Positions 8,658-19,200 of a DNA stretch of 64,000 nt are shown piece by piece (the first letter of the stretch is position 1; every line of letters begins with the position of its first letter). Both the position numbers and the translations under genes were made by a program. Below the pieces are notes generated by a model. The model had not been told where the DNA came from. It saw nothing but the letters and a program-made list of their open reading frames with translations, and did no database searches. The DNA is taken from NCBI GenBank assembly GCA_030527185.1, contig JAUNBF010000004.1:30347-94346 (forward strand), read 5' to 3'. This DNA is from Planctomycetia bacterium. GTDB taxonomy: Bacteria > Planctomycetota > Planctomycetia > Pirellulales > Thermoguttaceae.

Positions 8658-9833
8658 ATGTCCAAATTACCGGCATTCATGACAAGCCTGACACTTTTAA
8701 CCGCCCTGGCGACGAACGCGATTCCGGCGGCGGGAGAGTCTTCCATCACGGTCAAAACATGGGGCAAATTGCCCTCCGGGGAGGAAGTCAAACTTTACAC
8801 GCTCACGAACAATCTGGGAATGCAGGTGACGATTTCCAATTACGGCGGGTTGATTACGTCGCTTTGTGTGCCTGACAAAGAGGGGAAGATGGAGGATGTG
8901 ATTCTGGGGTTCGACACGCTGGAAGAGTACATGGAGAAGAGTCCCTATTTTGGAGCGGTCGTGGGGCGTTACGGAAACCGGATTGGCGGTGGAACGTTTA
9001 CGATTGATGGAACGGCCTATCAGGTCACGAAAAATGAGAAGGGAATCCAGTGCCTTCATGGCGGAAATGTTGGTTTCGACAAGAAAATCTGGGATGTGGA
9101 AGAAATCACCAGCGAAAACCTCCAGCACGACCGGATCGATACCGATAAAATCATCGGTTTGAAGTTGACGCTGATCAGTCCCGATGGCGAAGAGGGTTTT
9201 CCAGGGACGATCAACACGGTGCTGCATTACATGGTTCCGAAAGACACGAATCTGCTGGTGGTACTCTACGGAGCGACAACGGACAAGCCGACGCACCTGA
9301 ATTTGACGCAACATGCGTATTTTAACATGAAAGGGGCGGGAAATGGCGATATTCTGGATCACGAAGTGACGATTTGGGCAGACCGTTTCACGCCGGTGGA
9401 TGAAAATCTGATTCCGACGGGCGAATTGCGGGATGTGACCGGGACAGCCATGGATTTCCGTCAGCCGAATTTGGTGGGAGCCAGAATCGATGCCGACGAG
9501 GAACAGATCAAAATTGGCGGCGGCTATGATCACAACTGGGTTTTGAACGTGAAGGAAGGGGAGAATTTCCGTAAAGCGGCGAAAGTTCGTGACCCTGCCA
9601 GCGGTCGGACGATGGAAGTTTTCACCACGGAACCGGGCGTTCAATTCTACGCGGGCAACTTCATGAGTACCATGCCGGGAAAGGGTGGAAAAACCTATGT
9701 CAAGCGTGGCGGTCTCTGCTTTGAAACGCAGCATTTTCCCGATTCACCGAACAAACCGCAGTTCCCCTCCACGTTGGTAAAACCTGGGGAAGAGTACAAA
9801 TCAGCCACGATTTTCAAGTTCTCGGCGGAATGA
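8658..9833 (+). CDS. galM: Aldose 1-epimerase (galactose mutarotase), secreted
   Basis: SD AAGGAG. Signal peptide MSKLPAFMTSLTLLTALATNAIPAAG. GRYGNRI, LHGG..GFDKK.W, NLTQHAYFN and FETQHFPDSPN are mutarotase signature blocks. Confidence 0.9.
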   Translation: MSKLPAFMTSLTLLTALATNAIPAAGESSITVKTWGKLPSGEEVKLYTLTNNLGMQVTISNYGGLITSLCVPDKEGKMEDVILGFDTLEEYMEKSPYFGAVVGRYGNRIGGGTFTIDGTAYQVTKNEKGIQCLHGGNVGFDKKIWDVEEITSENLQHDRIDTDKIIGLKLTLISPDGEEGFPGTINTVLHYMVPKDTNLLVVLYGATTDKPTHLNLTQHAYFNMKGAGNGDILDHEVTIWADRFTPVDENLIPTGELRDVTGTAMDFRQPNLVGARIDADEEQIKIGGGYDHNWVLNVKEGENFRKAAKVRDPASGRTMEVFTTEPGVQFYAGNFMSTMPGKGGKTYVKRGGLCFETQHFPDSPNKPQFPSTLVKPGEEYKSATIFKFSAE

Positions 9834-9979
9834 TTCCGAACGTTTGAAAGGAATTTTTGAAAAAATTTCCCCTCCCGCTAATTTTCTGTAACATTCCTAT
9901 TTACAGAGAGTTACGTCGGAGGGATTTTTTATGAAAAGGTGAAAAGTAAAAATTTTTCAAAAATTTTCGGGGAAATTAC

Positions 9980-10008
9980 TTGACTTTCAAACAAAAGGAA
10001 CTTATACT
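9980..10008 (+). promoter_or_regulatory. Near-consensus sigma70 promoter TTGACT-17-TATACT
   Basis: TTGACT 9980-9985, 17-nt spacer, TATACT 10003-10008. Followed by SD AGGAG (10044-10048) and ATG 10056. Confidence 0.6.
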
Positions 10009-10082
10009 GAAGAAAATTCGTTTTGGGTGAAGGAAACTTTGAAAGGAGTGTTGAAATGAAGAACTTGGAACATTGCATTTTA

Positions 10083-10092
10083 CCCCCCCCCC
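10083..10092 (+). repeat. C10 homopolymer tract between ATG 10056 and the PEP-CTERM ORF frame
   Basis: Ten consecutive C. The ATG-10056 frame stops at 10098-10100, and the main ORF is one frame off. Confidence 0.95.
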
Positions 10093-10149
10093 TGTTTTAA
10101 CATAGAAACAGGTATTTCCGGGATTTTCTGGGGAGTTTTTCTTTCCCTG

Positions 10150-12321
10150 ATGCCAACTTTTGCCATGGAGCAAAACCCGTACGATGATCGGGAGCCGTAT
10201 GCCTCCTATACCGATGGTGGTGAATTTTCTCATCAGTCTCTGATAAATAGCCAGTTTTACTACAAAACGTCGGAAGACGCGACTTCGGGCATGTTGCGTG
10301 TGGGGGAGAATCGCGATAATGGGATTGCCGCTCTTTATCAGACCGCCGGAACGGTCCATGCCAACTCCAATTATCCGATTATTGGTCAGAGTACCAATGC
10401 TTCTGCCACAGGGCTACACTTCAGTCTGTATCAACTGAGCGGTTCTACCAAAGCATACATCGTGGGAAGTGGTGGTGCAAATGGACTTTATATGGCTACT
10501 GCCGACTACAATGACGCCGTACTGGAAATCCAGGAAAACTCTCCCGACACGGTTCTCTTTTGCTCGGATATTCGTTTAGGCTCATCCAGTGGCTATTCTT
10601 CCAATGCTCATGTTCAACAAGCTTCCGGTACGATTTACGCAACGACCATAACGACTCCGACTGCCGCAAAAGCAGGGTACGAATATGGTTATACCCTTTC
10701 CGACGGGAATCTTTTTGCAGGTGCCATCACGAATACTCCAATGACCTTTATCGGTGGTACGATGGCGTTTGAAACGTCCAACACCTCCCTGACGAACGAT
10801 GGCGGAACGCTGGAGATTTACGGGAATCTTGCCTCGGCACTCCAGAAGGAAACTTATACCTATGCCCTTTTTGCTGCGGGAAATACGCCAGGGTATACGA
10901 CGTATGGCACCTCCACAGTGACGGGAGATTACGTTCAAAAGAACGGAACGTTGGCATTGGATTACCATGCCGGGACACCAACAAATTCCGACAAACTGGC
11001 CGCCACGAACATAGCGCTGGAGGGGGGAAAGGTTCTGGTTCGTTCCAGCCTTTACGCCAATCATACCGGCTTGGAATCGTTTGACGGACTGGATGGAAAC
11101 ATCACGTCGAGTGCGACGGTACAAGCCTCCATGAGCGGATGGAAATGGAAACTGGACACCACGACCGGCACCCTTTCGACCGACATGAAGACGTGGAATC
11201 CCACCACCCAAACCACCATTGCGGACGGCGATTACCTGACGTTGTATTCCACATCAAAATTTGCCGGAAGTTTCAACATGACGGGGGGGTATTTGACAGG
11301 CCGATTTTATATGGGTACCGACACCGCGGATTTTACGATGAATCAATCCGGTGGTACCACCCTATTGAATCAGACAAGCTACTGGGCGGTGCTTTTGGAA
11401 TCCGGTACAAGTGGTCGACAGGCCATTTGGAATCTTTCCAACGATGCCAAATTCTACGTTTTCGATAACCAGTCCTACAACGGCGAAGATCGACGTATGA
11501 ATATCGGAAAAGGTTATCTTGGGAAAATCACCATTGCGGATAACGTCGTTTTTCATGCCGATGCTGTGGGGTTGGGAGTAAATAATGGAAGCAGTTACTA
11601 CGGACGTGGCATTGTCGAACAGTCTGGCGGTGAGGCCTATTATCATCTACTCCGAATGTACACCCGAAAGGAATCTGTAGGTACGTCCGACCCCTCTTCC
11701 TATACCCTTACCGATGGGAGACTCGTGGTTCGCAAACTGGAATCTTACGCTCCCGACACTTCCGCCACGATTCAACCTCTTTTCCAACTCCAGGGTGGCA
11801 CCGCAACGATTGTGGAGAGTAACATGTCTCTGGTGAACGATGGCTCCACCATTCAAATCCAATCGGTTGGCGATATTCTGGACGATTTTCGTTACCTCAA
11901 CGACGGTGACGAGACGACCGATCGTCCTCTTGGGTTCACGAACATCGGCACCATGGATGTAACCGGTACATTCACGCAAAACAGGGGTATCATCGAATTT
12001 GAAATAGACAGTGAAACACTTTTGGACACGCTCAATGCGTCTGAGGGGATTTTCCTCAATGGCGGCGACCTGTTCGTGGAGTACCTTGGGGAGGAAATTC
12101 TGGCGGAAGGTACCACATTCGCCATTTTTGGAGAAAGTCCCTCCGTCACGTTTGGCGAGTTGTTCAATACTCTCGTTTCCAATCGTGAGGGAACGCAATT
12201 TTGGCAATTGAACACTTGGGGAGCAACCTACGTTGGAAGTGAAATAGCCGTCCCCGAACCTGCATCGTGGCTTCTTCTCGTTCTGGGGCTGGGATACTTT
12301 CTGAAGCGACGTTGGGCATGA
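10150..12321 (+). CDS. PEP-CTERM sorting-domain surface protein with beta-strand-repeat body; 5' end frameshifted relative to the likely true start at 10056
   Basis: The C-terminus VPEPASWLLLVLGLGYFLKRRWA is a PEP-CTERM motif plus TM plus basic tail. T/G/S/N-rich repeats. ATG 10150 gives no signal peptide. The in-frame upstream extension encodes GISGIFWGVFLSLMPTFA but has no start codon. Confidence 0.8.
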   Translation: MPTFAMEQNPYDDREPYASYTDGGEFSHQSLINSQFYYKTSEDATSGMLRVGENRDNGIAALYQTAGTVHANSNYPIIGQSTNASATGLHFSLYQLSGSTKAYIVGSGGANGLYMATADYNDAVLEIQENSPDTVLFCSDIRLGSSSGYSSNAHVQQASGTIYATTITTPTAAKAGYEYGYTLSDGNLFAGAITNTPMTFIGGTMAFETSNTSLTNDGGTLEIYGNLASALQKETYTYALFAAGNTPGYTTYGTSTVTGDYVQKNGTLALDYHAGTPTNSDKLAATNIALEGGKVLVRSSLYANHTGLESFDGLDGNITSSATVQASMSGWKWKLDTTTGTLSTDMKTWNPTTQTTIADGDYLTLYSTSKFAGSFNMTGGYLTGRFYMGTDTADFTMNQSGGTTLLNQTSYWAVLLESGTSGRQAIWNLSNDAKFYVFDNQSYNGEDRRMNIGKGYLGKITIADNVVFHADAVGLGVNNGSSYYGRGIVEQSGGEAYYHLLRMYTRKESVGTSDPSSYTLTDGRLVVRKLESYAPDTSATIQPLFQLQGGTATIVESNMSLVNDGSTIQIQSVGDILDDFRYLNDGDETTDRPLGFTNIGTMDVTGTFTQNRGIIEFEIDSETLLDTLNASEGIFLNGGDLFVEYLGEEILAEGTTFAIFGESPSVTFGELFNTLVSNREGTQFWQLNTWGATYVGSEIAVPEPASWLLLVLGLGYFLKRRWA

Positions 12322-12332
12322 GGGGAAATACC

Positions 12333-12719
12333 ATGAAAAGAAAACCTGTACCAGTACTGTTTCTACTTATCTTTGCCGTGGGTTGCGGACAGAAAACCGG
12401 CACGGTTTCCGGCACGGTTTTGTGGGAGGGAAAACCTGTGGAAAATGGGGTGATCGAGTTTGTGCCGCTGGATGATAAAACGATTCCAGCGACCCCCGCC
12501 CAAATTATCGACGGAAAATATCAGGCCACTGTCCCGCTCGGACGGATGCAAGTGCAATTGACCTGTTATGCGGACGAAGGGAGTTATTATCCTTCAGGAC
12601 CGACAGGACCGAAAATCAAGCCGTTACGGAACGTGATTCCCCCGGAGTGGAATGTGGAGTCCAAACTGGAATATACGGTTTTGAAGGGAGAGCAAAAATA
12701 TGATTATCCGAAAAAATAA
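12333..12719 (+). CDS. Small lipoprotein, carboxypeptidase-regulatory-like beta-sandwich candidate
   Basis: ATG 12333 gives [20 protein letters not shown] (lipobox FAVGC). [19 protein letters not shown] is typical of the small partner proteins of DUF1559 genes. Overlaps the next gene by 20 nt. Confidence 0.7.
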   Translation: MKRKPVPVLFLLIFAVGCGQKTGTVSGTVLWEGKPVENGVIEFVPLDDKTIPATPAQIIDGKYQATVPLGRMQVQLTCYADEGSYYPSGPTGPKIKPLRNVIPPEWNVESKLEYTVLKGEQKYDYPKK

Positions 12720-13659
12720 TGCTTTCACGTTGGTGGAACTCCTGGTTGTGATTGCTATTATCGGGATGCTGGTGGGGCTACTCCTTCCCGCGGTACAACA
12801 GGCACGGGCGGCTGCGCGTCGGATGCAGTGCGCGAATAAAATGCGTCAATATGGTCTCGCTTTTTTGAACTACGAAACCCAAAATCAGAAATTTCCGTGG
12901 GGGACGCAGCGAGGCGATGGAAAGACCAATCCGCCGGACGGTTCGGGGGGCTGGGTTGCGGGAAGCGGAGCCAAAAATCAAATACGTCGTTCGTTTCTCG
13001 TTTGGATTTGGCCTTATTTGGAACTGAACGCGAACTACCAGGAATTCAACTTCGACTACAATCCCGGCAATTGGCAAAACAGCAACAACATGTCCCTATG
13101 TCAACCCGTGGCGATTTACTTTTGCCCGGACGACCGACCGAATGCACTGTGGTCACCGTCGGATGGAACAAAAAGTAGTTATTCCAAAGGGAATTACGTC
13201 GTCAATTTCGGTGAACTCGACCTTTCCAAAAGCAAGCTGAATCTGAACTGCCAACTGAAGAAAGCCCCTTTCGATATTAACCTTCGACGTACCGCAGGTG
13301 AATTTCGCGACGGACTTTCCAACTGCGTATTTCTGTCGGAAGTGCTGATTTCTCCACTCGATTCCGACTACGATATGCGGGGATTGGTCTTTTATGAAGT
13401 CGATGCGGGGGCTCACTTTATGACCAATCAACAACCCAACTCCGGCTGGGATTACCAGATTTGCCAGGGGGAACCCATTCCCGGTGTCACCTGTTCAGGA
13501 GGTACTCCTTATCGGATTCCTGCCCGAAGCAATCACTCCAATGGGGTGAATGCCGTACGTGGTGACGGTTCCGTATCGTTTGTCAGTAACTCCATTGACC
13601 TCGACGTTTGGAAAAGTCTGGGAACCATCTGTGAGGGAGATATTGTCAGCGAATTTTAG
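12700..13659 (+). CDS. DUF1559 / H-X9-DG protein with prepilin-type N-terminal methylation motif
   Basis: N-terminus [31 protein letters not shown]-terminal [12 protein letters not shown] (H-X9-DG). Confidence 0.9.
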   Translation: MIIRKNNAFTLVELLVVIAIIGMLVGLLLPAVQQARAAARRMQCANKMRQYGLAFLNYETQNQKFPWGTQRGDGKTNPPDGSGGWVAGSGAKNQIRRSFLVWIWPYLELNANYQEFNFDYNPGNWQNSNNMSLCQPVAIYFCPDDRPNALWSPSDGTKSSYSKGNYVVNFGELDLSKSKLNLNCQLKKAPFDINLRRTAGEFRDGLSNCVFLSEVLISPLDSDYDMRGLVFYEVDAGAHFMTNQQPNSGWDYQICQGEPIPGVTCSGGTPYRIPARSNHSNGVNAVRGDGSVSFVSNSIDLDVWKSLGTICEGDIVSEF

Positions 13660-13694
13660 TCGCTTGTTTGAGAAAAAGATAGGAATGGAGAAAA

Positions 13695-16247
13695 ATGAAG
13701 AATCGATTGAAGAAGTTGCTTGCCTGCCTTTGGGGGGTTGCGGGGATGATTTGTCCACTTTCCGCAAAAGAGGATTTTCAGTATGTTCTGGAACGGGATT
13801 GGATGCGGCAGGATGCGGAAAAACTGGATGTTTCCCACTGTTTTACCGCTTCGGAAGGGAATGCCTGGGAATATCGGATGGTGGAAAAGGTTCTTCAGGA
13901 ACTTTCCGCCAAAGAGCCTTTTCAAGAGACACTGCGATCGTTAAAAGAGGTTCCAGGAAAGGATGCGCGTTGGAAAGAACTGTATCGACAAGCCTGTAAA
14001 GCACGTCGAATCCAACGGTTGCGGCCTCTTTTGGAGAAAACCTCTCAACTGATTTATTGTCAACATTGTCCGATAGGTGCCGCCGGAAATATCGCGGGGA
14101 ATCACTTTCCCACGGATCGTCGCCGTCCGCCTCATCGACAGGATACTTCTCAACCATTGCATAAAACCTGGAAGAAAGGGAGTCAGCTCCGTCTCCTAAC
14201 GATTGCGAAAGATGGGTCTGTCCACGAAGATATTTTGGCGGAAACCCCGGAAGGCTTTATTCGTGATCCGGCACTTTCGTGGGATGGAAAAAAAGTATTG
14301 GTGGCCAGGCGGGACTCGTTTTTAACCGACGATTACCAGATTTACGAATTGGATTTGACCTCCCGCCAATGGCATCCGATAACCTGTTCGTTGGAAAAGG
14401 ATGGCAAAGTTTATCCCATCAGTTGCGTGGAGCCATGTTATCTGCCCAGTGGGCGAATTATTTTCCAATCGACGCGGTGTGCTCAGTTAGACCCTTGTGG
14501 TTGGGATGTTTCAGGAAATCTTTATTCCTGCGAGCCAGATGGTTCGGGAGTGCGACGTCTGGGATTTGATCAGGTAACGACAATGTTTCCGCAGGTTCTC
14601 GACGATGGTCGGATTCTCTATACGCGATGGGAATACAACGATCGAACACCCATTTTTATCCAACCCCTCTTCGTCATGAATGAGGATGGAACGGGACAGA
14701 CCGCTTTTTATGGGAATAATTCCTGGTTTCCCGTTTCACTCCTGCACGCGCGTGGTGTGCCGGGAAGTACGCTGGTCATGGCGATTGCTTCTGGCCATCA
14801 CACGCTTCAAAAGGGGAAATTGGTATTGGTCGATCGTTCTCGCGGAACAGATGGTGATGTGGGAATCACGTTTTTGGGGGAACCATTTTCATCCCCTCTA
14901 ACTCAGGCAAAAGAGAAAAGTACGGAATTGGATGGTTTTGGACAGGGAGGTGGGCAATTTGCATACCCGTATCCTTTGGATGAGAGATATTTTCTCGTTT
15001 CCTTTACACCAGACGGTTATCAGGGACATGTCAACTATGCCGAACACCTTTATCCCAATACGACAGGGCAACCCTTCGGTGTTTATTGGATGGATGCTTC
15101 TGGACGGCGGGAATTGCTGGCGTTCGATTCGGAAAACTGCTGTATGCAGGCAATTCCCGTTATGGCACGTCCCATTCCGCCTGTACGCAGTTCGCAGATC
15201 AACGAAAACGTAACAACAGGGACGTTTTATGTTCAGAATATTTATCTGGGACCAGGCTTAAAAGGAGTTCCCCAGGGAACCATTCGGAAATTGCGAGTCG
15301 TAGCTCTGGAATATCGGGCCGCGTGGGCAGGAAGTAACAATAACCACGGAGAGGGGGGAGGGTCCTGCGTTCAGACTCCGATTGGAGGAAATAATGCCTG
15401 TTGGGATGTGAAACATGTCCTTGGAGAAGTGGATGTGGAGGAAGATGGGAGTGCTTTCTGGGAAGTGCCTGCCAGAACACCGGTTTATTTCCAGATGTTG
15501 GATGAGAAAGGACGTTGCGTCCAGACCATGCGCAGTTGGACAATGCTCATGCCAGGAGAAAATTTTGCTTGTCTGGGTTGCCATGAACCATCTTCACAAG
15601 TGGGACCGGCCATGCAATCTCAGGGAACGCTGGCAATGAAAAAACCTCCTCAAAAACTCCAGCCAGTGGATGGGAGGCCGCACCCACTTTTGCTGCGAAA
15701 ACCGAACGCTCCCCTTTCTGTAGAAGACTATCTTGGCATCCAGCGTCCAAGAAAAATGGATCCCGACGCGCCTGTGGAAGGTTTCAGTTTTTTGCAAAAG
15801 ATTCAACCCATTTTGGACAAACATTGCGTCCACTGCCATTCGGAACAGGGAAACGGTGAACATCGTTCCGATTTCTGCCTGACTTCCGAGCGAGTACGGG
15901 ATGAGCGGGCGCAACGTCTCTTTACCCGTTCCTATCTCCAATTGACGAATCATGGTAAGGAGGGGAAATGGATTTTCTGGATTCAACCCGAAAGTCGTCC
16001 GACATTGTTACCTCCCTGGCATACAGGTTCGACTCGGAGTAAGTTGATGGATTATCTGGAGCCAACACATTATGAAGTACAGGTTTCCGAGCAGGAGAAA
16101 AAGACCGTGGCTTGCTGGATTGATTTGGGGGTTCCTTTTTGCGGTGCCTATCCCGAAGCCCATCTCTGGAATGAGGAACAAAAAGCTGCCTATGATTTTG
16201 CCCAGCAAAAACGTCTTTTGTATGCCGAACAGGAAGATTACCAGTAA
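13695..16247 (+). CDS. Secreted beta-propeller (PD40/TolB-like) protein with two CxxCH haem-c motifs
   Basis: Signal peptide MKNRLKKLLACLWGVAGMICPLSA. PD40-like DPALSWDGKKVLVARRD..YQIYELDL. CLGCH (15570-15584) and CVHCH (15825-15839). Confidence 0.8.
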   Translation: MKNRLKKLLACLWGVAGMICPLSAKEDFQYVLERDWMRQDAEKLDVSHCFTASEGNAWEYRMVEKVLQELSAKEPFQETLRSLKEVPGKDARWKELYRQACKARRIQRLRPLLEKTSQLIYCQHCPIGAAGNIAGNHFPTDRRRPPHRQDTSQPLHKTWKKGSQLRLLTIAKDGSVHEDILAETPEGFIRDPALSWDGKKVLVARRDSFLTDDYQIYELDLTSRQWHPITCSLEKDGKVYPISCVEPCYLPSGRIIFQSTRCAQLDPCGWDVSGNLYSCEPDGSGVRRLGFDQVTTMFPQVLDDGRILYTRWEYNDRTPIFIQPLFVMNEDGTGQTAFYGNNSWFPVSLLHARGVPGSTLVMAIASGHHTLQKGKLVLVDRSRGTDGDVGITFLGEPFSSPLTQAKEKSTELDGFGQGGGQFAYPYPLDERYFLVSFTPDGYQGHVNYAEHLYPNTTGQPFGVYWMDASGRRELLAFDSENCCMQAIPVMARPIPPVRSSQINENVTTGTFYVQNIYLGPGLKGVPQGTIRKLRVVALEYRAAWAGSNNNHGEGGGSCVQTPIGGNNACWDVKHVLGEVDVEEDGSAFWEVPARTPVYFQMLDEKGRCVQTMRSWTMLMPGENFACLGCHEPSSQVGPAMQSQGTLAMKKPPQKLQPVDGRPHPLLLRKPNAPLSVEDYLGIQRPRKMDPDAPVEGFSFLQKIQPILDKHCVHCHSEQGNGEHRSDFCLTSERVRDERAQRLFTRSYLQLTNHGKEGKWIFWIQPESRPTLLPPWHTGSTRSKLMDYLEPTHYEVQVSEQEKKTVACWIDLGVPFCGAYPEAHLWNEEQKAAYDFAQQKRLLYAEQEDYQ

Positions 16248-16264
16248 AAAGGAAAAAGAATAAA

Positions 16265-19200
16265 ATGCAACGGCTTTTTTTCGGAATATGTTGGAGTAGG
16301 GTGTTGACCGTATGGTGTGTGGCAGTTCCTGCCATGGCTATCGTGACAGAGGTTTCCGCCAATGAGGAAAAATCGCAGAATTTTATCCTTCATCGTCGTC
16401 AACTCCCCTTTCCTCAAACCCGGCTGATTCAAGACTGGATGAGACAGGATCGCGGCCAATTGGATGTTTCTACCTGTTTTCAGAGCGAATCGAGTACGGC
16501 AGAAGAAAAAATGATTCGCCGTGGCCTGGCGGAAATTCAAAAACGGGGCGGGGATACGGCTGATTTGGAAAAAGAATTGCGGAGACTGTTGAAAAAGAAC
16601 GTTCCGGGAAACGATCCCGCGTGGCGGGAATGCTACCTGCAAATGGGAACGTTTCGGCGACAGCTTCGCTTGCGGGAAGTGAGAAAATTCTGCTCGGAAT
16701 ATCTTTTTACCAAGCATTGCCAACTTTCCAATCAGCCCTGTTTTGCTTCCACGGCATTTTTGTCCGATTCCGTATACCAGGATAGATTGGGGGACTGGCG
16801 GATGGGTTCGGAACTCTACCATTTAACCATTTCCGATTCCGCGGAAGTTACGATAACTCTGCTTCACGAGGAAAAAAACGGGATTATCCGCGATCCGGCA
16901 GTGTCCTACGATGGAGAAAAAGTCGCTTTTTCCATGCGTCGCAGCGAATTGCAAGACGACTATCACCTTTACGTGATGGACTGGAAAACCCGCCGGATAA
17001 CACCGATTACCTTCGGGCCTGGAGTGGCGAATTTCGAACCTTGCTGGCTTCCAGACGGAGATTTGATTTTCGCTTCTTCGCGGTGTGATCAGTGTGTGCC
17101 ATGCTGGTCGAGCGATGTGATGAATCTCTATCGTTGCGACGCGGAAGGACGTTATTTGCGGCGTTTGACTTACGATCAGGCACATAATCTCTACCCTCAG
17201 CCGATGGCCGACGGTCGGATTCTTTATACCCGTTGGGAGTATAACGACCGCGTTTCAGGGAAAGTCCACAAACTTTTCATCATGAATCCTGATGGGACGG
17301 CTCAGACGGAATATTACGGCAACAATTCCCATGCTCCCCGTTCGATTATCCATGCGCGAGCCATCCCAGGAAGTTCCCGGGTAATGGTAATCGGAGCAGG
17401 GCACCATACCGACCAGAGCGGGAAATTGATGCGGATGGATCGCAATTGGGGGACACAGGAAAATGAGGGATTGGAATACGTCGCTCCTGTCCGATGGTTT
17501 GAACCGGTGAAAGATGACCTGTTTGGTAAAGAGGGGGAACTTTTTCAGTATCCTTTTCCTATCGACGAAGAAAACTATCTCGTTTCGTATTTGCCCGAAG
17601 GTGGTCCGGCACGTTCCTTTTATCCGATTCCGTTTGGAATTTACTGGATGAATTCGGCAGGAGATCGGGAGTTGCTGGTCTATGATCCGACGATTTCTTC
17701 CGGCCAGATCGTCCCTCGAATGCCACGTGAAAAACCACTGCAAAAGGCCGACGGTTACGATTTTTACCAAAATAAGGGTTTCTTTTATGTTCAGGATGTC
17801 TATTATGGCCCCGGCTTGAAAGGAATTCCACGTGGGACGATCAAGAAAATGCGTGTGATTGCCCTTTCTATTCGAGCGATGTCGGCGGGGGTCGATTACA
17901 ATCAGCCCAGTTCCCAAATCCATACACCTGTCTCTATCGGGAACGGAAGCTGGGATGTCAAGCATGTTCTGGGAACAGTCGACATCGAAGAAGATGGTTC
18001 TGCCTACTTCCAGGCTCCTTCGCGAATGCCTCTTTACTTCCAGCTTCTGGACGAAAAGGGACGAATGGTGCAGACCATGCGCAGTTGGACAATGCTCATG
18101 CCAGGAGAAACGTTTGGTTGTATCGGCTGTCATGAGAATAAAAACGATACCTTCCTCAATCATAAACCGATTACGATGGCTTTGAAAAAACCTCCACAGA
18201 CCATTCAGCCCTTTTATGCCGAGGGAGAAATTGCGATACCGGAATTCTATCCGCTTCTCAACGATTCGCAGAAACGGGCAATGAAATACTTGAATGTCAA
18301 TGCCCCCCAGGCCAACGATGTTCCGCAGGGGTTCAGTTACCTCCGAGAAATCCAGCCGATTTGGGATAGGCACTGCATTGCTTGCCATACGGGTGGCAAA
18401 AGGGATGATGGCACGCTTGCCCCCTTCTCACTTTTGGGAGATACACGCAACTATGGTTGGAAAGAGTGTTGGGAAGGGATTGCGTCACGTCCCTGGTCCA
18501 AAGAACACATCTATCCCCAAACAGGCAAAGACAGAAATCCAGGGCGGAATTACGCTGCCTCGTACCTGGAACTGACCCGATATGGTCGACTTCGATCGGA
18601 TGATAAAAAAAACACGTTTGTCCCGGAAAGTCCATGGCTGAACTGGCTGCCAATGGCAATTGCGGAACCACCCATGCTGCCTCCTTATACCTGGGGCGCG
18701 TTTAAGAGCAAACTGATGGAGTATCTGGAGCCAGAACATTACGGTGTCCAGCTTACCGAACGTGAAAAAGGACGGATTGCCTGTTGGATCGACCTCTGCG
18801 TTCCGTACTGTGGTTCCTACATGGAAGCGAACCAATGGGACCAGATTTCTCATGGTTACATCCATTTTTACCAAAATCAACTTCGTCCTGCCTATCTTTT
18901 TCAGGAGGCCAAACGGCTCCATCACGCGGAGGTGGAGTGTGAGCATCTCGAACGTTTTCAACAGCATTGCGAAGAGGGGAAAAACTTCCAACTGGTAGAT
19001 TTTCCAAAAGATACGGTGGGGGGGAAAGAAATGCGGCAAAATTTTGTGCAAGCCTGGGAAAATCTCCCTCAGACCGTGCCGATTTACGGACTGGCAGAGG
19101 GAAGGGACGCACGCGGTGGCTCCAACATTGCGGGAAACCCCATTCGGAACCTGGCACGGAATCCCCATGCCGCGATTTTTTCCCTTCGATCGTATCCTGC

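Noticed and set aside
9868-9930. Possible terminator after galM (TCCCCTCCCG ... CGGAGGGA TTTTTT)
   Set aside because: The stem needs two bulges and encloses a ~40-nt loop. The T-run is suggestive, but the structure is too irregular to call.
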